From the NCBI GenBank assembly GCA_964016885.1, contig OZ024745.1, forward strand, positions 124,992,001 through 125,056,000: a stretch of DNA of 64,000 nucleotides, read 5' to 3'. The first letter of the stretch is position 1. Each line of letters opens with the position of its first letter. Positions 29,699-43,270 of the stretch are shown here, piece after piece. The notes beneath the pieces are model-generated. The model was given only the letters and a program-made list of their open reading frames with translations. It did no database searches and was not told where the DNA came from. The translations under genes and the position numbers were made by a program. The stretch is from Eledone cirrhosa. Lineage: Eukaryota.

Positions 29699-29760
<62 letters not shown>

Positions 29761-29769
<9 letters not shown>

Positions 29770-29976
29770 GTGAGGTTTTTTTTATAAAATGAAAAATAAC
29801 CGAGGTGTCCTATACGAGTGAAAGTATAAAGAAAAAGAGATGAAATCGAAAATGCAACTGGAGTCTTATTTTTTTTTTAAATAGATATATTTATTTGGTT
29901 CCTTTACCGGTTTCGCAGTTCTTCTGCTTTTCAAAAGGTGAGTTGAGATGGAGGGTCTGTGGTTTTTCTCACATCT
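29761..29976 (-). mobile_element. pLTR-like module (family D) with hammerhead 29901-29938 (-), between (TA)n tracts
   Basis: Reverse complement of 20464-20678 with few differences. Confidence 0.8.
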
Positions 29977-29994
29977 TATATATATATGTATATA

Positions 29995-30059
<65 letters not shown>

Positions 30060-30187
30060 ATATATATATATATATATATATTGTTATACTTGGGGACGGT
30101 CATATTTGTGTTATGATATTGCCAGAATTAATAACAGAACACACTCACTGTTTGGTTGGTTTCAGCCTACCATCATATATATGTATA

Positions 30188-31175
30188 TACGATGGTAGGC
30201 TGAAAGTTTCAGAAATGACTACAAAAGAGTGATGCTAGAGTTATGAAGTCTTCCATGTGCATTGACCATGGATTGGCAGTAACGGTAGGGTGTCGGATGC
30301 CATGCTTTGAAGCATAGAGTTACGGCCCTTGCCATTCTGGATTCGAATCCCGCCGAGGTTAACTTTGCCTTTCATCCTTACGGGGTCGATAAAATAAAGT
30401 ACCAGTAATGCACTGGGTAATTGCTGGCCTTGTGCCAAAAGTAGAAAATGATTAGCTGCATTCTGATATCTATCTTTTCAAAGAAGACGTCAAAATTAAC
30501 AACTAGCGACTTCTCTTGAAAATGGACAAAATTGGACATCGTGGTGTTATCAATACATGAAGACAAAGGTTTTGAACCCAAGGAGACTTGGGCATCAATT
30601 GTTGTTACATTTCGGGACAACGTTCCAGGTTTATCAACAGTGCAAAAGTGAACATCTGAATTTTCGATGGGGGTATATTGAAGATGACCCAAGGTATAAA
30701 CGTCCTGCAGCTATCACCACCAAAGAAAACATTGTTTGTGTTCTCCACATGGTGATGGATTACAGGCGATTGACTATAAATAAAATAGCCAATTCTAGTA
30801 GCATATCTCATGAGAGGGTTGCAAATATTCTGCACAATGAACTTGGAATGACGAAAGATTCTGCTTGGTGATGCCACGTCTTCTGATACCAGATCAAATG
30901 CGCACCAGGCTGATCCCATCACAGTAAGATCTGACATTGTTTGAGGCAGATCCATCTGGTTTCTTTAGACGTTCCGTAACCCAGGATGAGTGTCGAGTTC
31001 ATCACTTTCAGCCAGAGACAAAGTGACAAATATCTGCCCCAAAGAAAGTCAAGGTCGTTTCATCTGCAGGGAAGTTGATGGCCACAATTTGGGGTGATGC
31101 AAAAGCATTGTGTTTATTATTGACTGATTTCAAAAGTGCCACACAATGAGTGGAGAGTATGGTGCCAACTTGCCG
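30188..31175 (+). mobile_element. Decayed mariner transposon (left TIR + frameshifted transposase), interrupted by a SINE at ~30268-30450
   Basis: TA-CGATGGTAGGCTGAAAG start; ATG at 30522; EDDPR..RP, RRLTINKIA, ILHNELGMTK.SAW, VTQDE..VHHF.PETK, KV.VVSSAGKLMATIWGD. Confidence 0.9.
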
Positions 31176-31399
31176 AATCCAGCAAAGGGATTTTCGTAAG
31201 AAAATATTAATAATTTAAACCTGAAATGAAATATAGTCAGTTAGTGTGATAGGAGAGAGGAGAGGGAGTGGGGTAAATAGTTTCACACGATCAATCGGTG
31301 TGCTGTGATGTGAAACAATTATTCTTTGACCATTGGTATGAGTGAAGGTTTTGATGTTTACTATATACGGGGGTAGAGAATGTATAAATTGAGGGTAGG

Positions 31400-32700
31400 A
31401 ATTAAGACTAGGTTAGAGTGCGTAAGGAGGAAAGGAATTAATATTGGTTTGAATATTACTGTATCTTTGGGTAGGTGTGGAAAGTTCAAATGCCAGATGA
31501 ATTGTATTAAATAGGACGTAGTAAAACCTAGGATTTAGGGATCGAATCTTGTTCCAGTGCAGTTTGTATTTAGTGAAAGTTTTAGAACCCTCTGTTTGCA
31601 ATTAAATATCCTATCGTGACGGGAATTTAGAAGGTCCTTTCCGGTCGCTATTTCAATTACCTACCGTACAAACATAATTCACAGGGGCGTCTTTCATTCC
31701 GGTATGGACGAGCAGCAAATTTTAGCACGGCACATTGTAGTGTGTATTCAATTGTAGCGCACTTCAGATCCCAAATTGTTTTGCTAGGGCCGAAGATCTA
31801 GCTCAACTGGAGTTATTAAACCTGTGGCTGTGGAACCCACATATTTATATACTCCCAGTTTAGATTTTACCAGCCATTGGTAAATGATATTTTTCTATAA
31901 GCATTTATCCGATAACCAGCAATTGCTGGGATTTCTGCAGTTGCAGTTTGTCCGTGCATAGTGTACGGTTTCTTCTCCGGTTCCTGTGTTGGAAGTGTTA
32001 TTCTGGGAGATTTGTTATTGTTCCGGATATGCATGGGAATTGGAAGAGACTTTGTTATATGTGGGTGCAGATCTACTGAGTGTTTGAGGCGGCGGGTGGT
32101 GCCGAGGGTTCAGAGTATACCCGGGTTTCCGTTGACTGTTGGTATTGCTATACCTGCGGAGGTGTTGGTTAGTCAATAGAATGAGGAAATTGCCCAGGTT
32201 AGCTGTGAGTAATAGGATAGTCGGTTCGTGTCTTTATTTAGTATTTTATAGAATGTGTGTAAGAGAAAAGTGTTCGTCTATATGTTTGAAGAAGAGATAG
32301 GATAACCAAGTAGTTACCAGATCATTGTGTGGGTATGATTTTGTGTGGGACCTCCTTGGTGTTTTCTTATTTGCAGTATTATTATTTGTCCGATCATTGT
32401 GGGGCTTTGAACCGTCGGTTTTTAAATTTGTAAATTTTGTATGACTTGCTTGTGATATTTTCCCATTCGGATGGTTGGATTCCCCCTGCATGGTGTATCT
32501 AGAAGAAATGTTAGTGATTCATCATAAATGGCCTTAAGTGGAGCAGCATTGTAATCCGCGTGTGTATTGAAAGAGGATTCAGATGCAGACAATCTAGAGA
32601 TCATACGGGATACATTTTTACCAATGGAGCTAGTGATAGCCCTGGGATGTTTAGACCAACGATTAACATAGTTTAAGTTATCGTTTTTCTTTCTATTTTT
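31400..32700 (-). mobile_element. 5'-truncated Penelope-like element (RT thumb, linker, GIY-YIG), pseudogenised
   Basis: RKKNDNLNYVNRWSKHP..SRMISRLSASESSFN, KHIDEHF, NCRNPSNC.L..KCL..NIIYQ..YKYVGST, CELCL. Confidence 0.9.
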
Positions 32701-32746
32701 AACTTATTTATATTTTCTTAAACGTAGTGAATAGTCACTAATATAG

Positions 32747-32857
32747 GCTTTCTGATGAGGTGTAATAAATAATTAAGAATTGCATATGCTTCGACAATAT
32801 ATATTGTAGTCAACATAAGTAGACAATTTATTATAGACACGGAAACATATGTAAAGC
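32747..32857 (+). ncRNA. Hammerhead motif with long stem II (family E) in inverted pLTR (32700-33080)
   Basis: gcttt-CTGATGA-ggtgtaataaat..atttatt..acacg-GAAAC-atat-GTA-aagc; palindromic stem III ACATATGT. Confidence 0.65.
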
Positions 32858-33079
32858 AAATAAATTCCTAATCTTTACGCCGACGTTGCATTTTTCTTTG
32901 TGCAATACTTGCTTATATTAATATACTCCGTGATCTCTTCTGGACCTATATACCATATTCCCCTGCTTGGATAATATGCTATACGATTCAAAGGATACCG
33001 TCGAGTCAAACTTTCTGGTAGGCAGCTTTCTTGTTTAAACATTCATTCCGGATATACATTAACAAAACATTATCTACCT

Positions 33080-33148
<69 letters not shown>

Positions 33149-34811
33149 CGTGCGTGTATGTGTGTGTGTGTGCGTGTATGTGTATGTACGTATGTGTGTG
33201 TATGTGTGCGCGCGCGTGTGTGTGTGTGTATGTGTGTGTGTATGTGTGTGTGTCTAAAATGTAAACAGAAATAACAACACAATCGGTACAGTATATGGAA
33301 GGAATATATTAGGTTAACGTTTGAAATAGCAGGAAGAGGGTCTTAACCTTTAGGACAGTCTTAACCTTTAAGACAGAATGAGAAATATGATAGATTGAAG
33401 GGACAGGTGGGGTATATATATATATATATATATTACTGGTACAATTAGCTGTGTACCTGATCTTTGTGAAATCTGTTACATTGGACATTTGATCGATCTC
33501 TTATTGAATAACTATTCAATCTTTTCCTCCGTTATATTCCCATTAATATCAGCCGTAATTGATACGCGTATTAATAACACATAGTAGAACTTTATTACAG
33601 AATGTGTAAATTTCCTCCAATTAGTCATTCAAATTGATATGGTTATTTGTACATTCTTTTATCAATGACATTGTCAGTTTTTCTAGTTTCTTTAACACCT
33701 AGATATGACGGAAGATAGCGATTTTTATGCATATGACAGTGATTATCCCATTGTTGATTTTTTAATTTTGGAAAATCCTTCTTCCAAATTTAACAAGAAT
33801 TTCAAGTATCCAGAGGTGTCAAGAAAAATGAGTTTCTTCTTAATTTGGGATTAATTCATACTATATTTTGATATTCCTAATTATGCTCGATTTTATCTTC
33901 CCATGAAGAGACTTATATAAATTCTGCACAACATTTATACAAATATATACTGCAATATTTAAATTAAACAGTTAAAATAGGATATATCAATAACAATTAT
34001 GTGATTAATGTTTTCTTGTCTGATTATTTCTTCCTGTTATTAAATATTCCCATGCGAAAATATAGTCTCTTGACACTTCCATTAACATCAACATTCATAG
34101 TTCTCTCATAGTTATGAATTCAGCAATTGACAATCTTTCATTTTCTTACTATTTGTACTATTTCTTTTTATACACATTTCCCTTATTTAACAATCAATTT
34201 TGACATTTACAATATATTTACTTCTTTAAGAGCTGTGTTTTAATAATATATATCTATATACTCTATATTACAATGGGGATTGATGTGCTATTAAAATAAC
34301 TATATTTGAGTATGATTTCTCTTTATTTCATTGCATAAATGTTGTTAATGAAAAAGCCATTAGGATCAATCTTTCTTTACGCTCTTCTGAGTTCAAGGAA
34401 ATAAGGTCGCAAAATATAAAAGAGCCATGTCAATAAATCATTCTCTCCTCAATTATGTTTCTTAGTAAGTAGCTAACTGAAATATATCTAAAATTTCCGA
34501 TCTAATATTCGATTATTTCCACTCAAAAACGCTTCATTCACCATATTTCATCTTAATCGCAGACAATTATGATATTAGGGTCTCTCAGCCCATTAATTAT
34601 TTACCATTTCCAAGAAAATAATATCCTTCTCATAGTTAAAACTCATACCAATCAGAACAATAATAATAGATTTATAGCCTTAAAGCACGAGATCATTCGA
34701 TGGAACATACATCTTCCCTATATTCCTTAGTAACCGAGGCTAACACTTACGGTGTTATCAGAACGAGCTACCACTATTTTCACCATCCTTAAAAATAGGC
34801 ATTAATATTTA

Positions 34812-35197
34812 TAATAATTGTTTCTACTTTAGGCACAAGGCCAGCAATTACCCAGTGCATTACTGGTACTTTATTTTATCGACCCCGTAAGGATGAAAGG
34901 CAAAGTCAACCTCTGCGGGATTTGAACTCAGATCGTAAAGGGACGTAACTATGCTGGAAAGCATGGCGTCTGACCCTCTGCCAAACCAATAATGGTTTCT
35001 TATATTGGCAAAAGGACAGCAATTCTGGGAAGGGGAAAGTCGATTAAATCGACACCAGTGCGTGATTGCTACTTTATTTTCTCGACTCCGTAAGGATGAA
35101 AGGCAAAGTTAACCTCGGCGGGATTTGAACACAGATCAGAAAGGGCCGTAACTCTATTCTACAAAGCATGACGTCCGACCCGCTACCGATACTGCCA
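34812..35197 (-). mobile_element. Two tandem SINE copies
   Basis: Family consensus repeated head-to-tail. Confidence 0.85.
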
Positions 35198-35760
35198 AGT
35201 AATACTCTAAGTTGGTTTTGAATTACGACTGGCATTTAGTCGTTAATCCTTTAGCATTTATATTACTCTATATATAGTATTGTATATATCTTACATAATT
35301 ATCTCACATAATATTGAATCTATGAGATTTGGATATTATTTATTTTGAGAAAAAATATCTTAACCTAAGTATGAATGGCAATTTACAACCAGTTTGAACA
35401 GAAAGAGCTGAGGGAATTCTGGCCATTTATGATCGTTTTAAATGCTAAAAGGATTTTCTTATCTCCATTTTCTTTTCAAATTGAATATTAGTATAAACAA
35501 CTCAGCTGTATTTTTTCATAGATTTTATGTACTTTGCTTTTTAAACGGATTGTTATTGCTAGGAATGCCATGCTTTTCATGTCTTACTTTACTACGAAAT
35601 TGTGTTTGCACAACTGCCAAAATATTCCTTTTACAAGTAATGTATTTCGACAATGAAATATCGTGTAAGTCACTATTTTGTTAGATATAAGAGTATGCAT
35701 CTACGTGACTGAATGTCTCTCAGTTTCTTTCAATTTCCCCGTTTATATATATATATATAT

Positions 35761-36128
<368 letters not shown>

Positions 36129-36239
36129 TGTAGAATTTTTACAAGATTTATTATAGAAATGGCTTCTACAGGCCTCGAACTATTACCTTCGAATGAAACA
36201 CTTCTATTCCCGTAGAAGCCATTCCTATATACATATAAA

Positions 36240-36323
<84 letters not shown>

Positions 36324-36373
36324 AGTATATATATATATATACTTATTGCAAACTTGACTGTCACCACACATTA

Positions 36374-36412
36374 TGAACCTGAAGATTGCGAAAGCATGAA
36401 ACTACTTGTTCA
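36374..36412 (+). ncRNA. Minimal hammerhead motif (family F), one stem III substitution
   Basis: tgaac-CTGAAGA-t-tgc-GAAA-gca-t-GAAAC-ta-CTT-gttca. Confidence 0.6.
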
Positions 36413-36570
36413 ATTAACACTTAACATTTAATATTTTATTATACTATTTCATTATAATACCATTATACATTTTAAAGGATTGTAAATAAAACGAGTAAAT
36501 CAGACAAAGTTGCAATTCCTCTTATTAATATAATCTTTTATACACAATCATACACACCCGTGTATATTTA

Positions 36571-36653
<83 letters not shown>

Positions 36654-36673
36654 ACATATATTGTGTATATATT

Positions 36674-37248
36674 GTAACACAACAGTTAGTTCACCATACA
36701 GAGAACATTTGATTTACCTTAGGGGATCTTCAGCTCGTATTGGTCATGGTTATACGGATCAGGAAGAACAACGGTATGAACGTGCATGCGCAGAAACGGT
36801 CACTTCACGCATGCGATACAGAGCCACGGGCGAAATGTGTAAGGGTGATAACTGCGAAAGTTTGGAAAAGGTGTTTCAGATGATTAGAAAATTAGAATGT
36901 TGTTGTTATTCAATCCGGAGATTTGTAGTTATTCAAAAGGTGTTTCCAGACATGTGGACAATCGCTATTGCGTAATCGCTATTGCGTAATCTCCTTAGCA
37001 TATTTATCCTTTCTTCAATACACAGTCCACAAGACGGATTGCCCCTTGCGTACAGTTTGGACTTACGATGGCTTTCCATTGAATGGGGTAGTCTATACCT
37101 GAGTCCTTGAGGGACCACACGTAGCTCGCTAGTTCCGTGGATGATCGTTTGTCCGGGTACCTAAAGGTCGACTGCAGTCGACTTTTAGGTGAAGATCCGT
37201 TAAGGTGGAACAATTGTTCTGGGTAGGGTGAACTAACGGTTGTGTTAC
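36674..37248 (-). mobile_element. PLE remnant: GIY-YIG C-terminus bracketed by inverted family-B pLTR ends with decayed hammerheads
   Basis: SSTELASYVWSLKDSGIDY.IQW and KLYARGNPSCGLCIEER; termini gtaacacaac(a/c)gttagttcacc are inverted. Confidence 0.85.
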
Positions 37249-37397
37249 TACTTCTACCAAACCCATCCCATTGACTGAGGTCTCTACCACTACGGATATT
37301 ACCTTCCAGTGTTCTACATCTCTCTCTCTCACTCACTCTCTCTGTCTCTGTTTCTCTCTCTGTCTCTCACTCTCTCTCTCTATATATATATATATAA

Positions 37398-37496
<99 letters not shown>

Positions 37497-38099
37497 TATG
37501 TATATATATATAGTGAAAAAGTGAAGAATAACATCGTCAACAGTACAAGAGGGGTTTTATTTACAGTATTAACAATTGTTTCATTGATTAAGTTTAACCA
37601 AATCATCAGATAACTGAATAAAATTATACATAGCGTTTACAAATTCAAATTACATCAGTAATAAAGAAAGAAAAAAAGAAAAAAAAGATATAGAGAAAAA
37701 AAGAGAAAGAAAGAAAAAGATAAAGAAAAAGAAAAATAGAAATAAAAAATAAAAGTAATGATAATAAATTAATAATAATAAATAAGTTAAAGCCAAGATG
37801 ATAAAAGATACATAAAAAAATGTAAATGTGTGCGAAGAAAATGAACATAATATGATTGTTTAAAATAGTTGTGGTGATGGTGGTTAAATATAAAGATATG
37901 ATGGTATAAACATGAAAATATTAAATATATTCATAGATGTATTAGTTAAATTAATAAATGAATAAATTGGAATTTATATTAAAAGTGAAGATAGTACGAT
38001 AGGTTATAATGTAAGAGATAAAATATATTTAGGGAAAGAAATTGAAAGATAGAAAATGAAAGAGAGAAAATATAATAGGTTATGATGTTGATTCATTGA

Positions 38100-38770
38100 C
38101 CGTTAATAACAATAATAATAACAATGAGGATAATGGGTTATTAGACTCAGGTGGTATAATTTGAATAATGGAATTGTTGGGTCGAATCAAGTTGGTTTGA
38201 AATTATCAAATTTATTTGCTGCTTTATGTCTACAGAAAATTGACTGTTCAATTTTGCCGTTTAGCAATATTTTGTCATATTTTTAAATATGGAATAATTC
38301 CATATTGCAAAGTCTACATGGGACATACCAATTTTGTAGGCCATTGCTCCTGACAATTTAGACCAGCTAATCCTGTATCTTTAAGCTGCCATATTTTATT
38401 GGCGAGCGTTGTTGTATTCGTTAGTTTACGGTTCTTTATAGAGTGTCTGTGGACGTACCATCTTTTTTTTAACTTCCCCGCCGTAGAACCTCTCTAGTGC
38501 CATGCTAAGTTGGCTGAATTTATAGTACATAGGTACACTATATTTGATTCAAGGCATCTATTTTGTAGTGGACACGTATCCGGTGAGTGACAGTTACATT
38601 TTGAGGCCTTCCTATGTGCCGGTTCAACGAGGCGGTGTTGTATATTGTTATGTATGGGCTGAGATTTGGGTTTGTTGATGTATTGTTGTGATGTGTTCTG
38701 ACGTGTGTGCGGTTGTGATGTTGTTATGTATATCTGTTTTGTATTTGGTGTTATGGTGCTTGCTTTCAGG
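38100..38770 (-). mobile_element. PLE GIY-YIG endonuclease remnant
   Basis: CNCHSPDTCPLQNRCLESNIVYLCTI..GSTAGKLKKRWYVHRHS..TTLANKIWQLKD..CRLCNME. Confidence 0.85.
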
Positions 38771-38778
38771 TTATTTGT

Positions 38779-38817
<39 letters not shown>

Positions 38818-38844
38818 CGTAAGCCCACACACAGAAACCCACAG

Positions 38845-38921
<77 letters not shown>

Positions 38922-39532
38922 TGTGTGTGTGTGTGTGCGTGTGCGTGTGTGCGTGTGTGTGTATGGGTGAGTGTGGTTGTCTATATGTGTCTATGTGTGT
39001 GTGTAGCGCAATGTAACGAAGGAAGAGTTGGAAAGCAATTTTTAAAGGAAGAACATCAATTAATATATTAGCAGCCGTTGCTGGTGCATGATTAAATGAG
39101 TTCATATTACACTCCCATAGGGGCAGTGTAATGTACATTATATATATATTTCGTCATCTCAGTGATACTTACTCCATGTTTTTATCTTCATGACAACATA
39201 ATATCATTTTTCCTATATACAAAACATTCCAACGGTTATTCAACTCATACATACCTATATACACGCAGACCATAATATAAATGTTTACGTATGTAAGTTC
39301 TGGTTTTATAATTTCACAATTTTATACCAATAGAGAGAGAGAGTCGGTTTCTAACATAGTTACAATACTCTTTCATAGGATTTTACACAACATCAACTAG
39401 GTAGATATGTCTGCATCTCTGCATGCATGCATGTGTAGGTATGGATGTTATTGTATGTGTGGTTGTGTATGTTTTGAGTTGTATGTGTGCATGTGTATAT
39501 GCTCTGTATCTGTACATGTGTATATGAAGTTA

Positions 39533-39915
39533 TTAGATGCAACATTTTGGGAATGTTTTACATATTTTTACTGTTCCATTAATGGATTGTACTTGTACTT
39601 TCCTAACTCGTTGTGTTCTTTCTGTTCCTGTAAAGCCCAGCTTCTCAAGATTTGTATTGAGGCAGTTGCTAACATACCTCAGTGTCCCAATAATCACAGG
39701 CATAAATCTGAAGGTGTAATCAGGGTGGAGTATCTGAAGATTTCTCATCAGATCTGCATAAATATTCTCCTTTTCGCTAATATTTGATATTATATTGGCA
39801 TCTGCTGGGCAGCTAACCTCCACTACTGTGCATGCCTTCTTTTACCTTTCCCATATCATAATATCTGCTCTCTTATGCCTGCATTTTATTGGGGTTTTTA
39901 CTGGAATATTCTACC
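39533..39915 (-). mobile_element. R4/Dong-like non-LTR retrotransposon 3' end (restriction-like endonuclease)
   Basis: KCRHKRADIMIW..CTVVEVSCPADANI..EKENIY..FMPVIIGTL..GTVKICKTF, an R(P)D..E..K..Y RLE pattern. Confidence 0.8.
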
Positions 39916-40729
39916 AATACTATTTCATATCTATATATATAGCTTCCACATTGCTGTAGCTTTTAATGTAAATACAAAGATGACACCCTACTAATGGCCC
40001 GAAACCGCAACTGGCAACAAGTTGAACGCAGAAGAAGGACGTATCAATATGGTGGTGTAGCTGATTCTCTATCTGCACGTGAATGTGTATTTGGATATTT
40101 GAAATATATTGGAATTTGCATGTGTTACATATAAAACATTAACACTAGATCGGCTGCTTGACTAACTATTCAATAAAATCATAACATTGAGTATGCTGAC
40201 TTATTTATATGATAAGTTACTGCCCTCTTAGCACCAAATACAAGTAATTGCTGTTCATTGGCAAATATTTGAATAAACCTCATGCTTCAGAATTTAGTAT
40301 GGGTGTAAATATATTACACCCCTGTAGTGTATGCTGGGGAGAGAGAGAATGAGAGACAGAAAGAGAGCGAGGGATATATATATAAATTCAGCGAGAATCG
40401 TATTTCGGCGTGTAGAAATAAGCGAAGGGCAATTTCCGATTTGTGTTTGCAAGCGCTCCATGGACCAAAAGAGACCAGAACAATAAACATATGTTATAAA
40501 GGCCATACACACTGAGACGGCGGTTAAGAAGCTAACAACCACCTACGCCAAGAAAAAAGACGAAGCAAGCTAAACGGGTCAAACAAAATAGATGAATGAA
40601 ATATTTACTCTCTCTCTATGTATATATATGCCCGAAACGTCGTTCCGCACCGCTCCACTCTCACAAACGTGAACCTAATCAACTCTTATTTTTACTGCCT
40701 CTCTTCTGTTTTTGTTCCTGTCTAAGCTT

Positions 40730-40913
<184 letters not shown>

Positions 40914-40945
40914 GAGAGAGTGTTTGAGAGAAAGAGAGAGAGAGA

Positions 40946-41035
<90 letters not shown>

Positions 41036-42337
41036 ATGGTCATAGTAAAGAGACTTGTGAAGTATGATGCTGCTGTTGTAGAGCCTTAAAATTTGTGTGA
41101 ATTTGTCTTTGAACGCCTGGGAATAGAACGGTAGTAAGTATTTAAATGCGCCCTACTAAGATACATGAATATGTATGCACGGGAATGTAACTACACGTAT
41201 ATACATATACGGGCAGACGTACTTATATATACATATGTACATTCGTAAACATATATTTGTTTAGATACTCATATGTCGTATAGTATTATCTCCAACAACG
41301 TCATCCTATGTATGCGTTTGTCGTATAGTCAATGGCTTTAACATCTGGGTGACCTCAATACCAGATACGGCTTTTGTAGTTGTTCCATAAATGAGTGTAG
41401 TTTTGGCTTAGTTGAACACAGATATTTATGGTAAACAAATGTTGTCATGACTGGGTAATCAGCAGAAACAAAAGGAACATCACTTGTAGACGTTCCGGGT
41501 TTGTGTATACGAACACTAATCTTTAAAAGCATAATATACAGGTAAATTAGAAGTAAAATATACGTGCACATACGCTACCTGAGAGATGACATTTAGGTTC
41601 AGATATTAAACATAAGATTGCAGCTTGTGATAAAAAAAAAAGAACTAGACCTTTTATAAATGTCTATAAAGATCAAATGATTTTAATCATAACTTTCCTG
41701 AAGTGTGTGTATTTTTCTGTTCTTAAAAGAAAAACGACACCGCCGTAAATAGAAAACCTATATAAGCCCTGTATATTACAAGTACTATTTCCATAAGCTC
41801 TAAGGGATAAAAGGGAGAGTGATCCCCGAAGTATTTTAACTGAAACAAATATCACGAAGAAAATATCGGTGCTCTATACCATCTATATTGAAACAGCATG
41901 ATGAGGAATTAAGTATATTTAGATGACAAAATATGTATCTTACATTTGTTAGAAGCACAATATCAGTTTGTTCCATTATGAGTATCATTAATTTTAAAAG
42001 CCAAAAATCAAACAAATCAAACAAATGTTATATGCAATGCATTAACACAGCAGTAAATCCAACGCTAATGTCTTGTTGATAAAATAGATCGTGTATATAA
42101 TCCTGACATATATCAAGAATCAAAGTTCAAACTGACAGTATGATTTTAAGTTCTTTGAGGTACTAACATATGTTTTGTATTTCAATATTTAGTTTTATGC
42201 TTATTAAAGAGAATATATAATCAGCTGTCAACATATTTGGTTCCCCGCAAACAGCTAAGTCTGTATGAAAGATTTCCTTGGGCGAAGATCGAGAGATTGA
42301 TGTATATATACACACATATATGAGTGTGTGTTCATGT

Positions 42338-42467
<130 letters not shown>

Positions 42468-42566
42468 GTGCATATACATATAAATATATATATATATATT
42501 TATTTATTTATATTGTGGTGTTTATTCGTAAACGTATTTGTGAGAAAGAGAATGAATAGAATTATA

Positions 42567-42643
<77 letters not shown>

Positions 42644-42644
42644 A

Positions 42645-42682
<38 letters not shown>

Positions 42683-42891
42683 CTTAAAATACGTGAAACA
42701 TATTTACAGATATGTACGAATGTATGCATTTATGTTACAGATACTTAGATAAATATTTACAGAATTGCTATGCCACTTCCCTTTCCCATATATCTAATTT
42801 GTTCCCTTTGGATCAACTTGCCCACATGCACATACGCAAACACGCGCTCATACACACACACATATACACGCACACATACACACACATACAC

Positions 42892-42973
<82 letters not shown>

Positions 42974-43124
42974 TTATACTTTTGGAGGGTCATGTTGCCA
43001 ATAAGAAACCCACGCACCAGTTGCTTTCACTTCAATTTATTATAAATTAAATTTATAATAAATTGAAGTGAAAGCAACTGGTGCGTGTGTTTCTTATTGG
43101 CAACATGACCCTCCAAAAGCATAA
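42974..43124. repeat. 151-bp foldback of a pLTR terminus (family G end)
   Basis: Arms are near-perfect reverse complements around ataaat-taa-atttat (~43049); homologous to ~23365-23437 and ~44635-44701. Confidence 0.9.
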
Positions 43125-43184
43125 CAATATCTGTTTCAACACACGTTTTCAGATAAAGAATCTTGCTAAACAAATTCAGAAACG

Positions 43185-43262
<78 letters not shown>

Positions 43263-43270
<8 letters not shown>

